This document shows positions 11,357 to 20,080 of a DNA stretch of 64,000 bases, in pieces. Below the pieces are notes generated by a model. That model was not told the DNA's origin. It worked only from the letters and a program-made list of their open reading frames with translations, and made no database searches. Position 1 is the stretch's first letter. Each line of letters opens with the position of its first letter. The translations under genes were made by a program, and so were the position numbers. Origin of the DNA: Coriobacteriaceae bacterium EMTCatB1 (GTDB lineage: Bacteria; Actinomycetota; Coriobacteriia; Anaerosomatales; Anaerosomataceae); assembly GCA_001950395.1 (NCBI GenBank), contig BDLO01000001.1, forward strand, positions 469,979 to 533,978, written 5' to 3'.

Positions 11357-12066
11357 CGCCGATGCGCTCTCGGTCGATCATCTGGTCGTTCAACCACGCG
11401 ATCGACGGCCTGGTGTACGCGCTTAGGACGCAGCGCAACATGCGGATCCACGTCGCGGCCGGCGCGGCCGTGCTCGCGGCGTCGCTGTTCTTCCGCGTCG
11501 GACGCGCGGAGTTCCTCGCGGTCCTCCTGACGGTGGCTGTGGTGATCGCGGCGGAGCTTGTGAACACTGCGATCGAGGCGACGGTCGACGTGGCGACCGA
11601 CGGTTACGATCCGGTCGCGAAGGTCGCCAAGGACGTGGCCGCTGCTGCGGTGTTCGTGAGCGCGGTCGTGGCGCTGGTGGTCGGGTACGTGGTCTTCTTC
11701 GGGCGCCTCACGGACACGGCGCACACGCTCCTCGTGAGGGTCCGCGAGGCGCCGTCGCACGTGAGCGTCGTCGCGCTCGGGATCACGGCGTTCCTCGTGC
11801 TCGTCTTGAAGGCCGTGAGCGGGCAGGCCGGAACGTGGATGCGCGGCGGGTGGCCCTCCGGCCATGTGGCGCTCGCGACAGGCGGCGCGACGGCCATCGG
11901 GTTCATCACGGGCAGCGGCGCCGCGTGGGTCATCGGGCTGTTCATCGCGGGTCTGGTCGCGCAGAGCCGCGTCGAGTCCGAGGCGCACACGGTGTGGCAG
12001 GCGCTGTGGGGCGGCGTCGTCGGAGTCGTCGTGACCGCCGCCATCTTTGCGCTATTCTGGTCGTAG
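11353..12066 (+). CDS. dgkA: DgkA-family lipid kinase fused to a PAP2-like phosphatase remnant
   Basis: The N-terminal ~120 aa is DgkA-like (SFNHAIDGLVYALRTQRNMRIH, ELVNTAIEATVD). The C-terminal ~110 aa carries PAP2 motifs PSGH and SRVESEAH. Confidence 0.7.
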   Translation: MTPMRSRSIIWSFNHAIDGLVYALRTQRNMRIHVAAGAAVLAASLFFRVGRAEFLAVLLTVAVVIAAELVNTAIEATVDVATDGYDPVAKVAKDVAAAAVFVSAVVALVVGYVVFFGRLTDTAHTLLVRVREAPSHVSVVALGITAFLVLVLKAVSGQAGTWMRGGWPSGHVALATGGATAIGFITGSGAAWVIGLFIAGLVAQSRVESEAHTVWQALWGGVVGVVVTAAIFALFWS

Positions 12067-12089
12067 GTTCGTCAGGGAGGTGCCGCCGC

Positions 12090-13352
12090 TTGGGCGCTGC
12101 CGGTCTCGTTCTTCTCATCTCGTTCGTCGTCCTGTTCGTGTGCGCAAGCGCGATGTCCGCTGCTGAGGCTTCCGTCGCGCTGCTCTCGCGCGGACGCGCG
12201 CACCGGCTGTCAGAGTCCGGTCGCAAGGGCGGCGCCGATCTGGAGGCTTTGGTGGAGCGTCGAGGGCGCGTGATCGCCGCTGGAACGCTCGTCCGGGGCG
12301 CCTCGTACGCGCTCGGAGGCTGTCTGGCGTGGGCGGCCGTGGATGCTCGCGTGGGCGGCGCGTGGTCCGTCGCTGCCGTCTTCGTCGGCATCGCCGCGAT
12401 GTACTCGCTCGGCGAGGCGCTGCCGCGCTCGCTCGCCGTGCATAATCCGGAGCGCGTCGGGCTTGCAGTCGCTCAGCTCGCGCGAGCGATCACTGCCGTT
12501 CTCCACCCAGTCGCGCGGGTCCTTGCGGCAGCGTGGGTGCGGGCTGCGGGGCTCGTCGCCGAGCAGCGCGTCGAGGACCCGTGGGTGACGGAAGAAGAGT
12601 ACCGGGCCTCTGCTGCCGAGGACGAAGAAAGCGCGAAGGAGGAGGCGGAGGAGGCCATCATCGACGCCGTGGCCGACTTCACGCAGAAGATCGTCCGAGA
12701 GGTCATGGTGCCGCGCACCGACATGGTGTGCGTTGCAGACGACGCGAGCATGAGCGAAGCGCTCGAGATCATCGAGCGCACCGGGTATTCGCGGCTGCCG
12801 GTGTATCACGGGTCGGTGGACGACGTCAGGGGCGTGCTGTGCGCGAAGGATTTGCTCGTCTGCCTCGGCAAGAGCTCGTGCCCCGCGAGCGTCGGCCCGA
12901 TCGCGCGGCCACCGTACTTCGTGCCGGAGACCAAACCGATCGAAGAGCTTCTGGTGGAGATGCGCTCGAGGACGCACATCGCGATCGTGGCCGACGAGTA
13001 CGGCGGGACTGCGGGCCTCGTGACCATCGAAGACCTGCTCGAGGAGATCGTCGGCGAGATCTTCGACGAGTACGATGTGGCGGAGCAGGTCGTGGTGGAC
13101 CTCGGCGACGGCAGGATGAGCGTGGATGCCCGCATGCCCGTCGACGACCTCAACGAGATGTTCGGGACCGACATCGAGCCGCAGGCCGATTCGGTCGGCG
13201 GTCTGTTCGTCGAACTGGCGGGGCACATACCGAACGTAGGCGAGTCCGTCGAGATCGAGGGATTGCGTCTGACCGTGGACGCCGTGGACCGCAACCGGGT
13301 TCGACGGATCCTGGTGGAACCGGCACCGCGAGAGGAGGGCTCCGATGAGTGA
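12090..13352 (+). CDS. CNNM/CorC-family transporter-associated protein (DUF21-CBS pair-CorC_HlyC; hemolysin-like)
   Basis: TTG 12090 follows the RBS GGGAGG. Membrane N-terminus, a CBS pair (VREVMVPRTDM..., IAIVADEYGGTAGLVTIEDLLEEIVGEI) and a CorC_HlyC tail. Start is uncertain; the ORF-track start 11835 overlaps dgkA. Confidence 0.8.
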   Translation: MGAAGLVLLISFVVLFVCASAMSAAEASVALLSRGRAHRLSESGRKGGADLEALVERRGRVIAAGTLVRGASYALGGCLAWAAVDARVGGAWSVAAVFVGIAAMYSLGEALPRSLAVHNPERVGLAVAQLARAITAVLHPVARVLAAAWVRAAGLVAEQRVEDPWVTEEEYRASAAEDEESAKEEAEEAIIDAVADFTQKIVREVMVPRTDMVCVADDASMSEALEIIERTGYSRLPVYHGSVDDVRGVLCAKDLLVCLGKSSCPASVGPIARPPYFVPETKPIEELLVEMRSRTHIAIVADEYGGTAGLVTIEDLLEEIVGEIFDEYDVAEQVVVDLGDGRMSVDARMPVDDLNEMFGTDIEPQADSVGGLFVELAGHIPNVGESVEIEGLRLTVDAVDRNRVRRILVEPAPREEGSDE

Positions 13353-13773
13353 GCACGTCACCCAGGCCGACTTGACGCTGCTCGCGTTCGCGCGAGAAGC
13401 GAAACAGAAGGCGTACGCGCCGTACTCCGGGTTCCGCGTGGGAGCCGCGGTGTTCGCAGGCGGGGAGATCTACGTGGGCGTGAACGTGGAGAACGCCGCG
13501 TACGGCTCCACCCTCTGCGCCGAACGGGGCGCCGCGATGGCCGCGGTCGCTGCTGGCAACACCTTCTTCGACGCTATCGCTATCGTCGGCGACTCCGAAT
13601 CGCCGACGGTGCCGTGCGGGGCGTGCCGCCAGTTCCTCGCGGAGTTCAACCCGGAGATGCGTGTCATCATCGGCGGACGCACCGACGCAGTCGAGGTCGT
13701 GACGCTCGACGCGCTGCTGCCCGAGGCGTTCGTGCGCGGCTACCTCGACGAGGACGAGGGTGACGACGAGTGA
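13345..13773 (+). CDS. cdd: Cytidine deaminase
   Basis: Zinc/catalytic motifs CAERGA and PCGACRQ. 142 aa. Confidence 0.9.
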   Translation: MSEHVTQADLTLLAFAREAKQKAYAPYSGFRVGAAVFAGGEIYVGVNVENAAYGSTLCAERGAAMAAVAAGNTFFDAIAIVGDSESPTVPCGACRQFLAEFNPEMRVIIGGRTDAVEVVTLDALLPEAFVRGYLDEDEGDDE

Positions 13774-14687
13774 GCGCTGAGGCGTCTTCGTACGAGATCG
13801 TACGCAGCGGATTCGCCGCCCTCGTCGGGCGCCCGAACGCCGGCAAGTCCACGCTGTTGAACGCGCTGGTGGGCGAGAAGGTCGCGATCGTCTCGGCCAC
13901 GCCGCAGACCACGCGCCACCGGCTCCGGGGCATCGTCGACCGAGACGACGCGCAGATCGTGTTCGTGGACACGCCGGGGCTGCACCGGCCGCACGACGCG
14001 CTCGGCGAGGAGCTGAACCGCTCGGCGGTCCTGGCGTTGAACGACGTGGACGTGGCCTGTCTCGTCGTGGACGCGTCTGCGCCCGTGGGCCCGGGCGACC
14101 GCTGGGTCGGGCACCGCGTGCAGGAGTGCGACGCAGCCAAGGTGCTCGTGTTGACCAAAGTCGACCTCGTCAAGCCGAAAGACCTCGAGCGGCAGATGGA
14201 AGTCGCACAGACGCTCGCCGAGTTCGACGACGTTGTCGCGTGCTCTGGGCGGACCGGGTTCAACGTCGACGGCGTGGCGAACGCCGTGGTGCGGCTGCTC
14301 CCAGAAGGCCCGAGGTACTTCCCGCGCGATATGCGCACGGACCAGCCGATCGAGGTCTTGATCGCGGAGCTCGTGCGCGAACGGGTGTTGCACCTCACGC
14401 GCGAGGAGGTCCCGCACGCGGTCGGCGTGGTCGTGGAGGACATCGCGCCTGAACGCGAAGGGCTGGTGCGCGTGAGCGCTCGAATATACGTCGAGCGCGA
14501 GTCGCAGAAGGGCATCATCATCGGCAAGGACGGGGAGATGATCCGTCGCATCGGCAGCGAAGCGAGGCCAGGCATCGAGCGCGTGCTCGGCGAGCACGTG
14601 TTCCTGGACCTGCGCGTGAAGGTCAAGCGCGACTGGCGCCGCGACGCGGCCTCGATACGACGGTTCGGCTACGGAGAAGGGCTGTGA
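13770..14687 (+). CDS. era: GTPase Era
   Basis: G1 GRPNAGKST, G3 DTPG and G4 TKVD, with a C-terminal KH domain. Confidence 0.95.
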   Translation: MSAEASSYEIVRSGFAALVGRPNAGKSTLLNALVGEKVAIVSATPQTTRHRLRGIVDRDDAQIVFVDTPGLHRPHDALGEELNRSAVLALNDVDVACLVVDASAPVGPGDRWVGHRVQECDAAKVLVLTKVDLVKPKDLERQMEVAQTLAEFDDVVACSGRTGFNVDGVANAVVRLLPEGPRYFPRDMRTDQPIEVLIAELVRERVLHLTREEVPHAVGVVVEDIAPEREGLVRVSARIYVERESQKGIIIGKDGEMIRRIGSEARPGIERVLGEHVFLDLRVKVKRDWRRDAASIRRFGYGEGL

Positions 14688-15379
14688 GGAGCATGGAAAG
14701 GGCGGAGCTGGCGGCGAGGATCGATCAGACGCTGCTCAAGCCGACGGTGAGCATGCGCGAGGCGCACGAGTGGATGCAGCGCAACGCCGGGCTCGGCTTC
14801 GCGTCGCTGTGCGTCTCGCCGTTCTTGGTGCCGCTTGCTGCCGAGGTCCTGGCCGGGACCCCGACGGCCGTCTGCTCGGTCGTGGGGTTCCCGCTCGGGT
14901 ACTCGCTCACGGAGACGAAGACCGAGGAAGCCAGGCAGCTGGTGGAGCTCGGGTGCCTCGAGATCGACATGGTGATGAACGTCGGCGCCTTCCTTGGCGG
15001 AGAGGTCGCCGTGGTGCAGGAAGACGTCGCCCAGGTGGTGGAGGCGGTGCGCAGAGCCTCGCACGGCCGGGGGCTCGTGAAGGTCATCCTGGAGACGGGC
15101 TACCTCGACGAGGATCAGATCGCCGAAGCGTCCCGTCTGTCTGTGGAGGCCGGAGCGCACTTCGTGAAGACGTCGACGGGATTCGGGCCGCGCGGCGCGT
15201 CCGTCGAAGACGTCCGCATCATGCGGCAGGCGGTCGGCGACCGCGCCCAGGTGAAGGCCGCCGGGGGCATCCGCGACCTGGACACAGCGCTCGCAATGAT
15301 CGAGGCGGGGGCGGACCGGATAGGGACTTCCTCGGGCGCGGAGATCCTCGCTGCGCTTGAGGCATCTGCGGGGAGCTGA
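14684..15379 (+). CDS. deoC: Deoxyribose-phosphate aldolase
   Basis: DeoC-like class I aldolase of ~230 aa, with the active-site Lys in the context FVKTSTGF. An alternative ATG lies at 14693. Confidence 0.85.
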   Translation: MRSMERAELAARIDQTLLKPTVSMREAHEWMQRNAGLGFASLCVSPFLVPLAAEVLAGTPTAVCSVVGFPLGYSLTETKTEEARQLVELGCLEIDMVMNVGAFLGGEVAVVQEDVAQVVEAVRRASHGRGLVKVILETGYLDEDQIAEASRLSVEAGAHFVKTSTGFGPRGASVEDVRIMRQAVGDRAQVKAAGGIRDLDTALAMIEAGADRIGTSSGAEILAALEASAGS

Positions 15380-15389
15380 CACGCGAGCG

Positions 15390-16136
15390 ATGAGCGGCAC
15401 GTATCCCGCGCGGGTGTTGGTGCTCCGCAAGACGAAGCTCGGCGAGTCCGACCTCATCGTCACGCTGCTGAGCTCGGAGGGCAGGCAGATCCGGGCGGTC
15501 GCGAAAGGTGCTCGCAAGCCGGGCTCGAAGTTCGGTGCGCGCGTCGAGCCGTTCACCGTGGCTCACGTGCTGCTTGCGAAGGGGCGATCGCTCGACGTCC
15601 TCACCGAGGTGGAGACGGTCGCGACGCACGAGGAGCTTCGGAGCGACTACGACGCGGTTCGTGCCGCCTCGGTCGTCGCGGACTTCCTCGATCGCGTGAC
15701 GCAGGAGGCAGACGCCGAGCCGCGCCTCTTCGAGCTTGGCGTCGCGACCCTCGACGCGCTGGCGGGCGCAAGCGCAGAGGCGCGCCCCTCCCTGGTGTGC
15801 GCGTTTCTCGTGAAAGGGATGGCGATGCAGGGCTTCCGGCCGCAGCTTTCGGGCTGCGTCTCGTGCGGGGCTCCGCAGGAGGCGCCGCGGGCGTTCTCGC
15901 TGGAAGGCGGCGGCGTCGTGTGCGCGACGTGCGCGGCGTCGGATGCTACAGCGCTCGGCATCTCGCCAGAACTCGCGGGCGCGCTTGCGTGGCTGCTCGG
16001 GTCTCGCCTGACCGAGATCGCGGCGGAGCCGTTGCCCGAGCCGGTCGAGCGCGAGGCGCTCATGGTCCTGCGGGCGTTCGTCGGGCATCACGTCCCTGCG
16101 CGCATGCGAGCGCTCGACGCGTACGTGCGCGGGTGA
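15390..16136 (+). CDS. recO: DNA repair protein RecO
   Basis: OB-fold N-terminus (ARVLVLRKTKLGESDLIVTLL) and zinc-finger Cys pairs (CVSCG...CATC). It follows era as in many Gram-positives. The start was chosen at the internal ATG. Confidence 0.85.
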   Translation: MSGTYPARVLVLRKTKLGESDLIVTLLSSEGRQIRAVAKGARKPGSKFGARVEPFTVAHVLLAKGRSLDVLTEVETVATHEELRSDYDAVRAASVVADFLDRVTQEADAEPRLFELGVATLDALAGASAEARPSLVCAFLVKGMAMQGFRPQLSGCVSCGAPQEAPRAFSLEGGGVVCATCAASDATALGISPELAGALAWLLGSRLTEIAAEPLPEPVEREALMVLRAFVGHHVPARMRALDAYVRG

Positions 16137-16203
16137 TGTACACTAGCGCCCACGCCAGACGTCGCGGCCCGTCCGCCGTTGTCGTGATTGGAGACCACGC
16201 CTG

Positions 16204-17088
16204 ATGACGATGACTTTCCAAGACGTGATCCTTGCGCTGTCGCGCTACTGGGCCGATCAGGGGTGCGTCGTGCTGCAGCCCTACGACATCGAGGTCGGTG
16301 CGGGGACGTTCCATCCCGCGACGACGCTGCGGTCGCTCGGTCCCGACGCGTGGCGGACCGCCTACGTGCAGCCATCTCGCCGGCCGACCGACGGGCGCTA
16401 CGGCGAGAACCCCAACCGTCTGCAGCACTACTACCAGTTCCAGGTCATCCTCAAGCCGAGCCCCGACGACGTTCTGGACCTGTACTTCGGCTCGCTCAAG
16501 GCGATCGGAATCGATCCAGAGGAGCACGACGTGCGTCTCGTCGAGGACGACTGGGAGTCGCCGACGCTGGGCGCGTGGGGTCTCGGGTGGGAAGTGTGGC
16601 TCAACGGCATGGAGGTGACGCAGTTCACCTACTTCCAGCAGGTGGGAGGGCTGGAGTGCCGGCCGGTGCCTGCGGAGATCACCTACGGCCTGGAGCGGCT
16701 GGCGATGTACATTCAAGGCGTCGACAGCGTGTTCGACCTCGTCTGGTCCGTCGGCCCCGACGGGCTCGCCTTCACCTACGGCGACGTGTTCTTGCGCAAC
16801 GAACGCGAGCAATCGACGTACAACTTCGAGGTCGCGGACGTCGAAGCGCTGCTTCAGCGCTTCTCTATGTACGAGGCGGAGTGCAGGAGAACACTCGAGG
16901 CGGGGCTCGTGCTGCCCGCCTACGACTACGCGCTCAAGTGCTCGCACGTCTTCAATCTTTTGGATGCGCGCGGCGCCATCGCGGTGACGGAGCGCACCGG
17001 CTACATCTTGCGCATCCGTTCGCTCGCGAAGGCGTGCTGCGAGGCGTACGTCGCCTCTCTTGAGGGGTCGAAGGGCGGTGATGCGTGA
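16204..17088 (+). CDS. glyQ: Glycine--tRNA ligase alpha subunit
   Basis: 294 aa with a highly conserved GlyQ sequence ([39 protein letters not shown]). Confidence 0.95.
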   Translation: MTMTFQDVILALSRYWADQGCVVLQPYDIEVGAGTFHPATTLRSLGPDAWRTAYVQPSRRPTDGRYGENPNRLQHYYQFQVILKPSPDDVLDLYFGSLKAIGIDPEEHDVRLVEDDWESPTLGAWGLGWEVWLNGMEVTQFTYFQQVGGLECRPVPAEITYGLERLAMYIQGVDSVFDLVWSVGPDGLAFTYGDVFLRNEREQSTYNFEVADVEALLQRFSMYEAECRRTLEAGLVLPAYDYALKCSHVFNLLDARGAIAVTERTGYILRIRSLAKACCEAYVASLEGSKGGDA

Positions 17089-19163
17089 TGCCGCGCGACC
17101 TGCTCTTCGAGATCGGCGTCGAGGAGATGCCATCAGCGCCGCTGTACGCTGCGCTCGACTACGTGCGCAGCGCAGCGGAAGAGGCGTTGGCGAGCGCGCG
17201 CCTCGACCACGGCGAGCTATCCGTGTACAACACGCCGCGGCGCATCGCGCTGCTCGTGCGAGACGTCGCCGAGCGGCAGCGCGACGCCACGGAGCGCTTC
17301 AAGGGCCCTGCGGCTGCTGCCGCCTTTGACGCCGACGGCAATCCGACCAAGGCCGCGCTGGGGTTCGCGCGCAGCAAGGGCGTGAGCCCCGAGTCGCTCG
17401 TCCGCGAGAGCGGCGACGGCGGCGAGTACGTGTGGGCCGTGGTCGAGCGACCCGGCCGGCCGGCGCACGAGGTGCTGCCGGATATCCTCGCTGAGCTGGC
17501 CTCTTCGATCCCGTGGCCGAAGACGATGCGGTGGGGCTCAGGCGACACCCGCTTCATCCGTCCGGTGCGGTGGCTCGTGGCGCTGTTCGGCGAGGACGTC
17601 TTGCCGGTGCGCTTCGCCGGGTTGGTCGCCGGGCGCGTGAGCCAAGGCCACCGGTTCCTCGCCGGCCCCGTCGAGATCGAGGATCCGTCGGCGTACCTCG
17701 AGTCGCTGAGGCGTGCTTACGTGCTCGCCGACGGAACCGAGCGCGCCGCTGAGATCCGCGAACGCATCAACGCGGTCGCCGACTCGTTGGGCGGCGTGGC
17801 GGTGGTGCCGGAGAAGACCTTCCTGGAGGTCGTGAACCTCGTGGAGCAGCCGACGGTGGCGGCAGGCCGCTTCGACGAGGCCTTCCTGCGCGTTCCGCGG
17901 GAGGTGCTCGAGGAGGCGATGGAGTCCCACCAGCGGTACTTCCCGGTGGAGAGCATGGACGGGACGCTTGCGCCGGCCTTCATCGTCGTGCACAACGGGC
18001 CCGCCGAACGGACGGACGAGATCGTCAAGGGTCACGAGCGCGTGATCCGCGCACGGCTGGCCGACGCCGCCTTCTTCTACGACGAGGACCTGAAGCATCC
18101 TCTGGAGTCGTACGCCGCCAAGCTGGACGGCATCGTGTTCCATCAGCGTCTCGGTTCGCTCGGACAGAAGGTGGAGCGCGTCGAGCGGCTGACGCGGCTT
18201 CTGGCGAAACACGTGGGCGCGGGCCCCGAGGACGAAGCCCACGCCGTCCGCGCGGCGCACCTGTGCAAGGCCGACCTCGTCACCCACGTGGTGGTGGAGT
18301 TCACCTCGCTGCAAGGCGTCATGGGGTCGTACTACGCGCTTGCGTCCGGGGAAGCGCCTGCGGTCGCGCAGGCGATCGTCGAGCACTATCGCCCCCGTTT
18401 TGCGGGCGACGCGCTCCCGGAGACGTTGCCGGGGATGCTCGTGTCGGCGGCCGACAAGCTCGACACCATCTGTGGTATCCACGCGATCGGCCAGGCGCCG
18501 ACGGGTTCGTCGGACCCGTTCGCGCTCAGGCGCTTCTCGATCGGCGTCATCCTCATGGCGATGGATGGCGGCCTGGACCTGCGGCTCAAAGACGCCATCG
18601 CCGACGCGCTGGAGGGCTACGGCGACGTTCTGCCGGACATGGACGCCGCGGCCGTCGCCGCGGAGGTCAAGGAGTTCATCCTCGCACGGCTTCGTGGCGT
18701 GCTCCGCGAGCGTGGGTACGCGTACGACACTGTCGATGCCGTGCTCGCTTGCGAAAGCGACGACCTCGCAGAAGTGGCGGCTCGGTGCGCGGCGCTGCAG
18801 GACGCGCGCGAGGCCGACCCAGAGCTCTTCGAGGACCTCGCGATCGCGTTCAGGCGCGCGGCGAACCTCGCTGACGCCTCTTTGGGCGAGAGCGTGTCGC
18901 TCGACCTGATGGGGCCGGAAGAGCGTGCGCTGGCAGACGCTCTGGAGCGTGCGGACGAAGCGGTGCAGGACCTCCTGAAGAAAGGTCGTCACGACGAGGT
19001 TATCTCTGAGCTTGCGGCGCTGCGCCCGCACATCGACGCGTTCTTCGAGTCCGTTCTGGTTATGGACGAAGACGTGCGGCTGCGCGAGAACCGCCTCCGG
19101 CTGCTGAACCGGTTCGTGCGCGTCTTCGCGCGTTTTGCAGACATCGGGCGCATCGCGGCGTAA
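17085..19163 (+). CDS. glyS: Glycine--tRNA ligase beta subunit
   Basis: 692 aa, translationally coupled to glyQ (ATGA overlap), with GlyS-like motifs throughout. Confidence 0.95.
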   Translation: MMPRDLLFEIGVEEMPSAPLYAALDYVRSAAEEALASARLDHGELSVYNTPRRIALLVRDVAERQRDATERFKGPAAAAAFDADGNPTKAALGFARSKGVSPESLVRESGDGGEYVWAVVERPGRPAHEVLPDILAELASSIPWPKTMRWGSGDTRFIRPVRWLVALFGEDVLPVRFAGLVAGRVSQGHRFLAGPVEIEDPSAYLESLRRAYVLADGTERAAEIRERINAVADSLGGVAVVPEKTFLEVVNLVEQPTVAAGRFDEAFLRVPREVLEEAMESHQRYFPVESMDGTLAPAFIVVHNGPAERTDEIVKGHERVIRARLADAAFFYDEDLKHPLESYAAKLDGIVFHQRLGSLGQKVERVERLTRLLAKHVGAGPEDEAHAVRAAHLCKADLVTHVVVEFTSLQGVMGSYYALASGEAPAVAQAIVEHYRPRFAGDALPETLPGMLVSAADKLDTICGIHAIGQAPTGSSDPFALRRFSIGVILMAMDGGLDLRLKDAIADALEGYGDVLPDMDAAAVAAEVKEFILARLRGVLRERGYAYDTVDAVLACESDDLAEVAARCAALQDAREADPELFEDLAIAFRRAANLADASLGESVSLDLMGPEERALADALERADEAVQDLLKKGRHDEVISELAALRPHIDAFFESVLVMDEDVRLRENRLRLLNRFVRVFARFADIGRIAA

Positions 19164-19184
19164 AGGCAATGGGAGCAGAGGCCG

Positions 19185-20000
19185 GTGCAGCCGACCTACA
19201 CAGTGCACATCCTCTCGGACTCGCTCGGTGAAACGGCCGAGATGGTGGCGCGGGCGGCGATCGCGCAGTTCGACGGCGATGCGTTCCGCATCGAGCGGCT
19301 CCCGCGCGTGCGCACCGTAGACGAGCTGCGAAGCGCCGTCGAGTCTCACTGCGGCAGGTGGTGCCTGTTCGTGTACACGCTCGTCGACGATGCGCTGCGT
19401 GCAGAGATGGAGTCGTTGTGCGCAGGCGGTGTGAACGGCGTGGACGTGCTCGGACCGGCGGTGGCGACGATCGGGCGCGTCACCGGCTTGCAGCCGTCTG
19501 GAGAGCCGGGCGCCGTCCGTCGTACGGACGAAGAGTACTTCGAGCGCATCGAGGCGATGGAGTTCGCCGTGAAGCACGACGACGGGCGCAACCCGCAGGA
19601 CTTGCCGGAGGCCGACGTCGTGCTCATCGGCGTGTCGCGGTCCAGCAAGACGCCGCTTGCGATGTACCTCGCGTTCAAGGGCTTCCGTGCCGCGAACGTC
19701 CCGCTCGCCCCCGGCACTGAGCCGCCGAAGGAGCTCTTCGAAGTGAGCCCACGGCGCGTGTTCGGGCTCGTGACGAGCGCGCGCGTGCTGCAAGAGGTGC
19801 GCACCGAGCGCATGCGGGAGCTCGGCACCTACGTGCCAGGATACACAGACCTCGAGGCCATCGAGCGCGAACTGGAGGAGGCGCGCGCGGTGATGCGCAA
19901 GATCGGCTGCATCGTCGTGCACACCGACAACCGCGCCATCGAGGAGGCTGCCCAGGAGATCATCCGGCACCTCGAGGGTGGGCTCGCGGTGTCGGACTGA
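19185..20000 (+). CDS. Pyruvate, phosphate dikinase regulatory protein (PDRP, DUF299 kinase/pyrophosphorylase)
   Basis: 271 aa with the P-loop-like motif GVSRSSKTP. It lies immediately upstream of ppdK. Confidence 0.85.
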   Translation: MQPTYTVHILSDSLGETAEMVARAAIAQFDGDAFRIERLPRVRTVDELRSAVESHCGRWCLFVYTLVDDALRAEMESLCAGGVNGVDVLGPAVATIGRVTGLQPSGEPGAVRRTDEEYFERIEAMEFAVKHDDGRNPQDLPEADVVLIGVSRSSKTPLAMYLAFKGFRAANVPLAPGTEPPKELFEVSPRRVFGLVTSARVLQEVRTERMRELGTYVPGYTDLEAIERELEEARAVMRKIGCIVVHTDNRAIEEAAQEIIRHLEGGLAVSD

Positions 20001-20080
20001 GGCGCTCGCGCCGTGTGGTGCAGACGTGGCGTTACGCTATGATTGCGCAAGCAGGTTCCCGGACAGCAAGGGAGAGGGAG

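Noticed and set aside
16137-16203. Possible glycine T-box leader upstream of glyQS
   Set aside because: The recO-glyQ gap is only 67 nt, far too short for a T-box riboswitch. I saw no specifier-loop or T-box sequence.
17538-19970. 810-aa minus-strand ORF antisense to glyS and PDRP
   Set aside because: A high-G+C antisense artefact. The + strand genes are highly conserved and translationally coupled.
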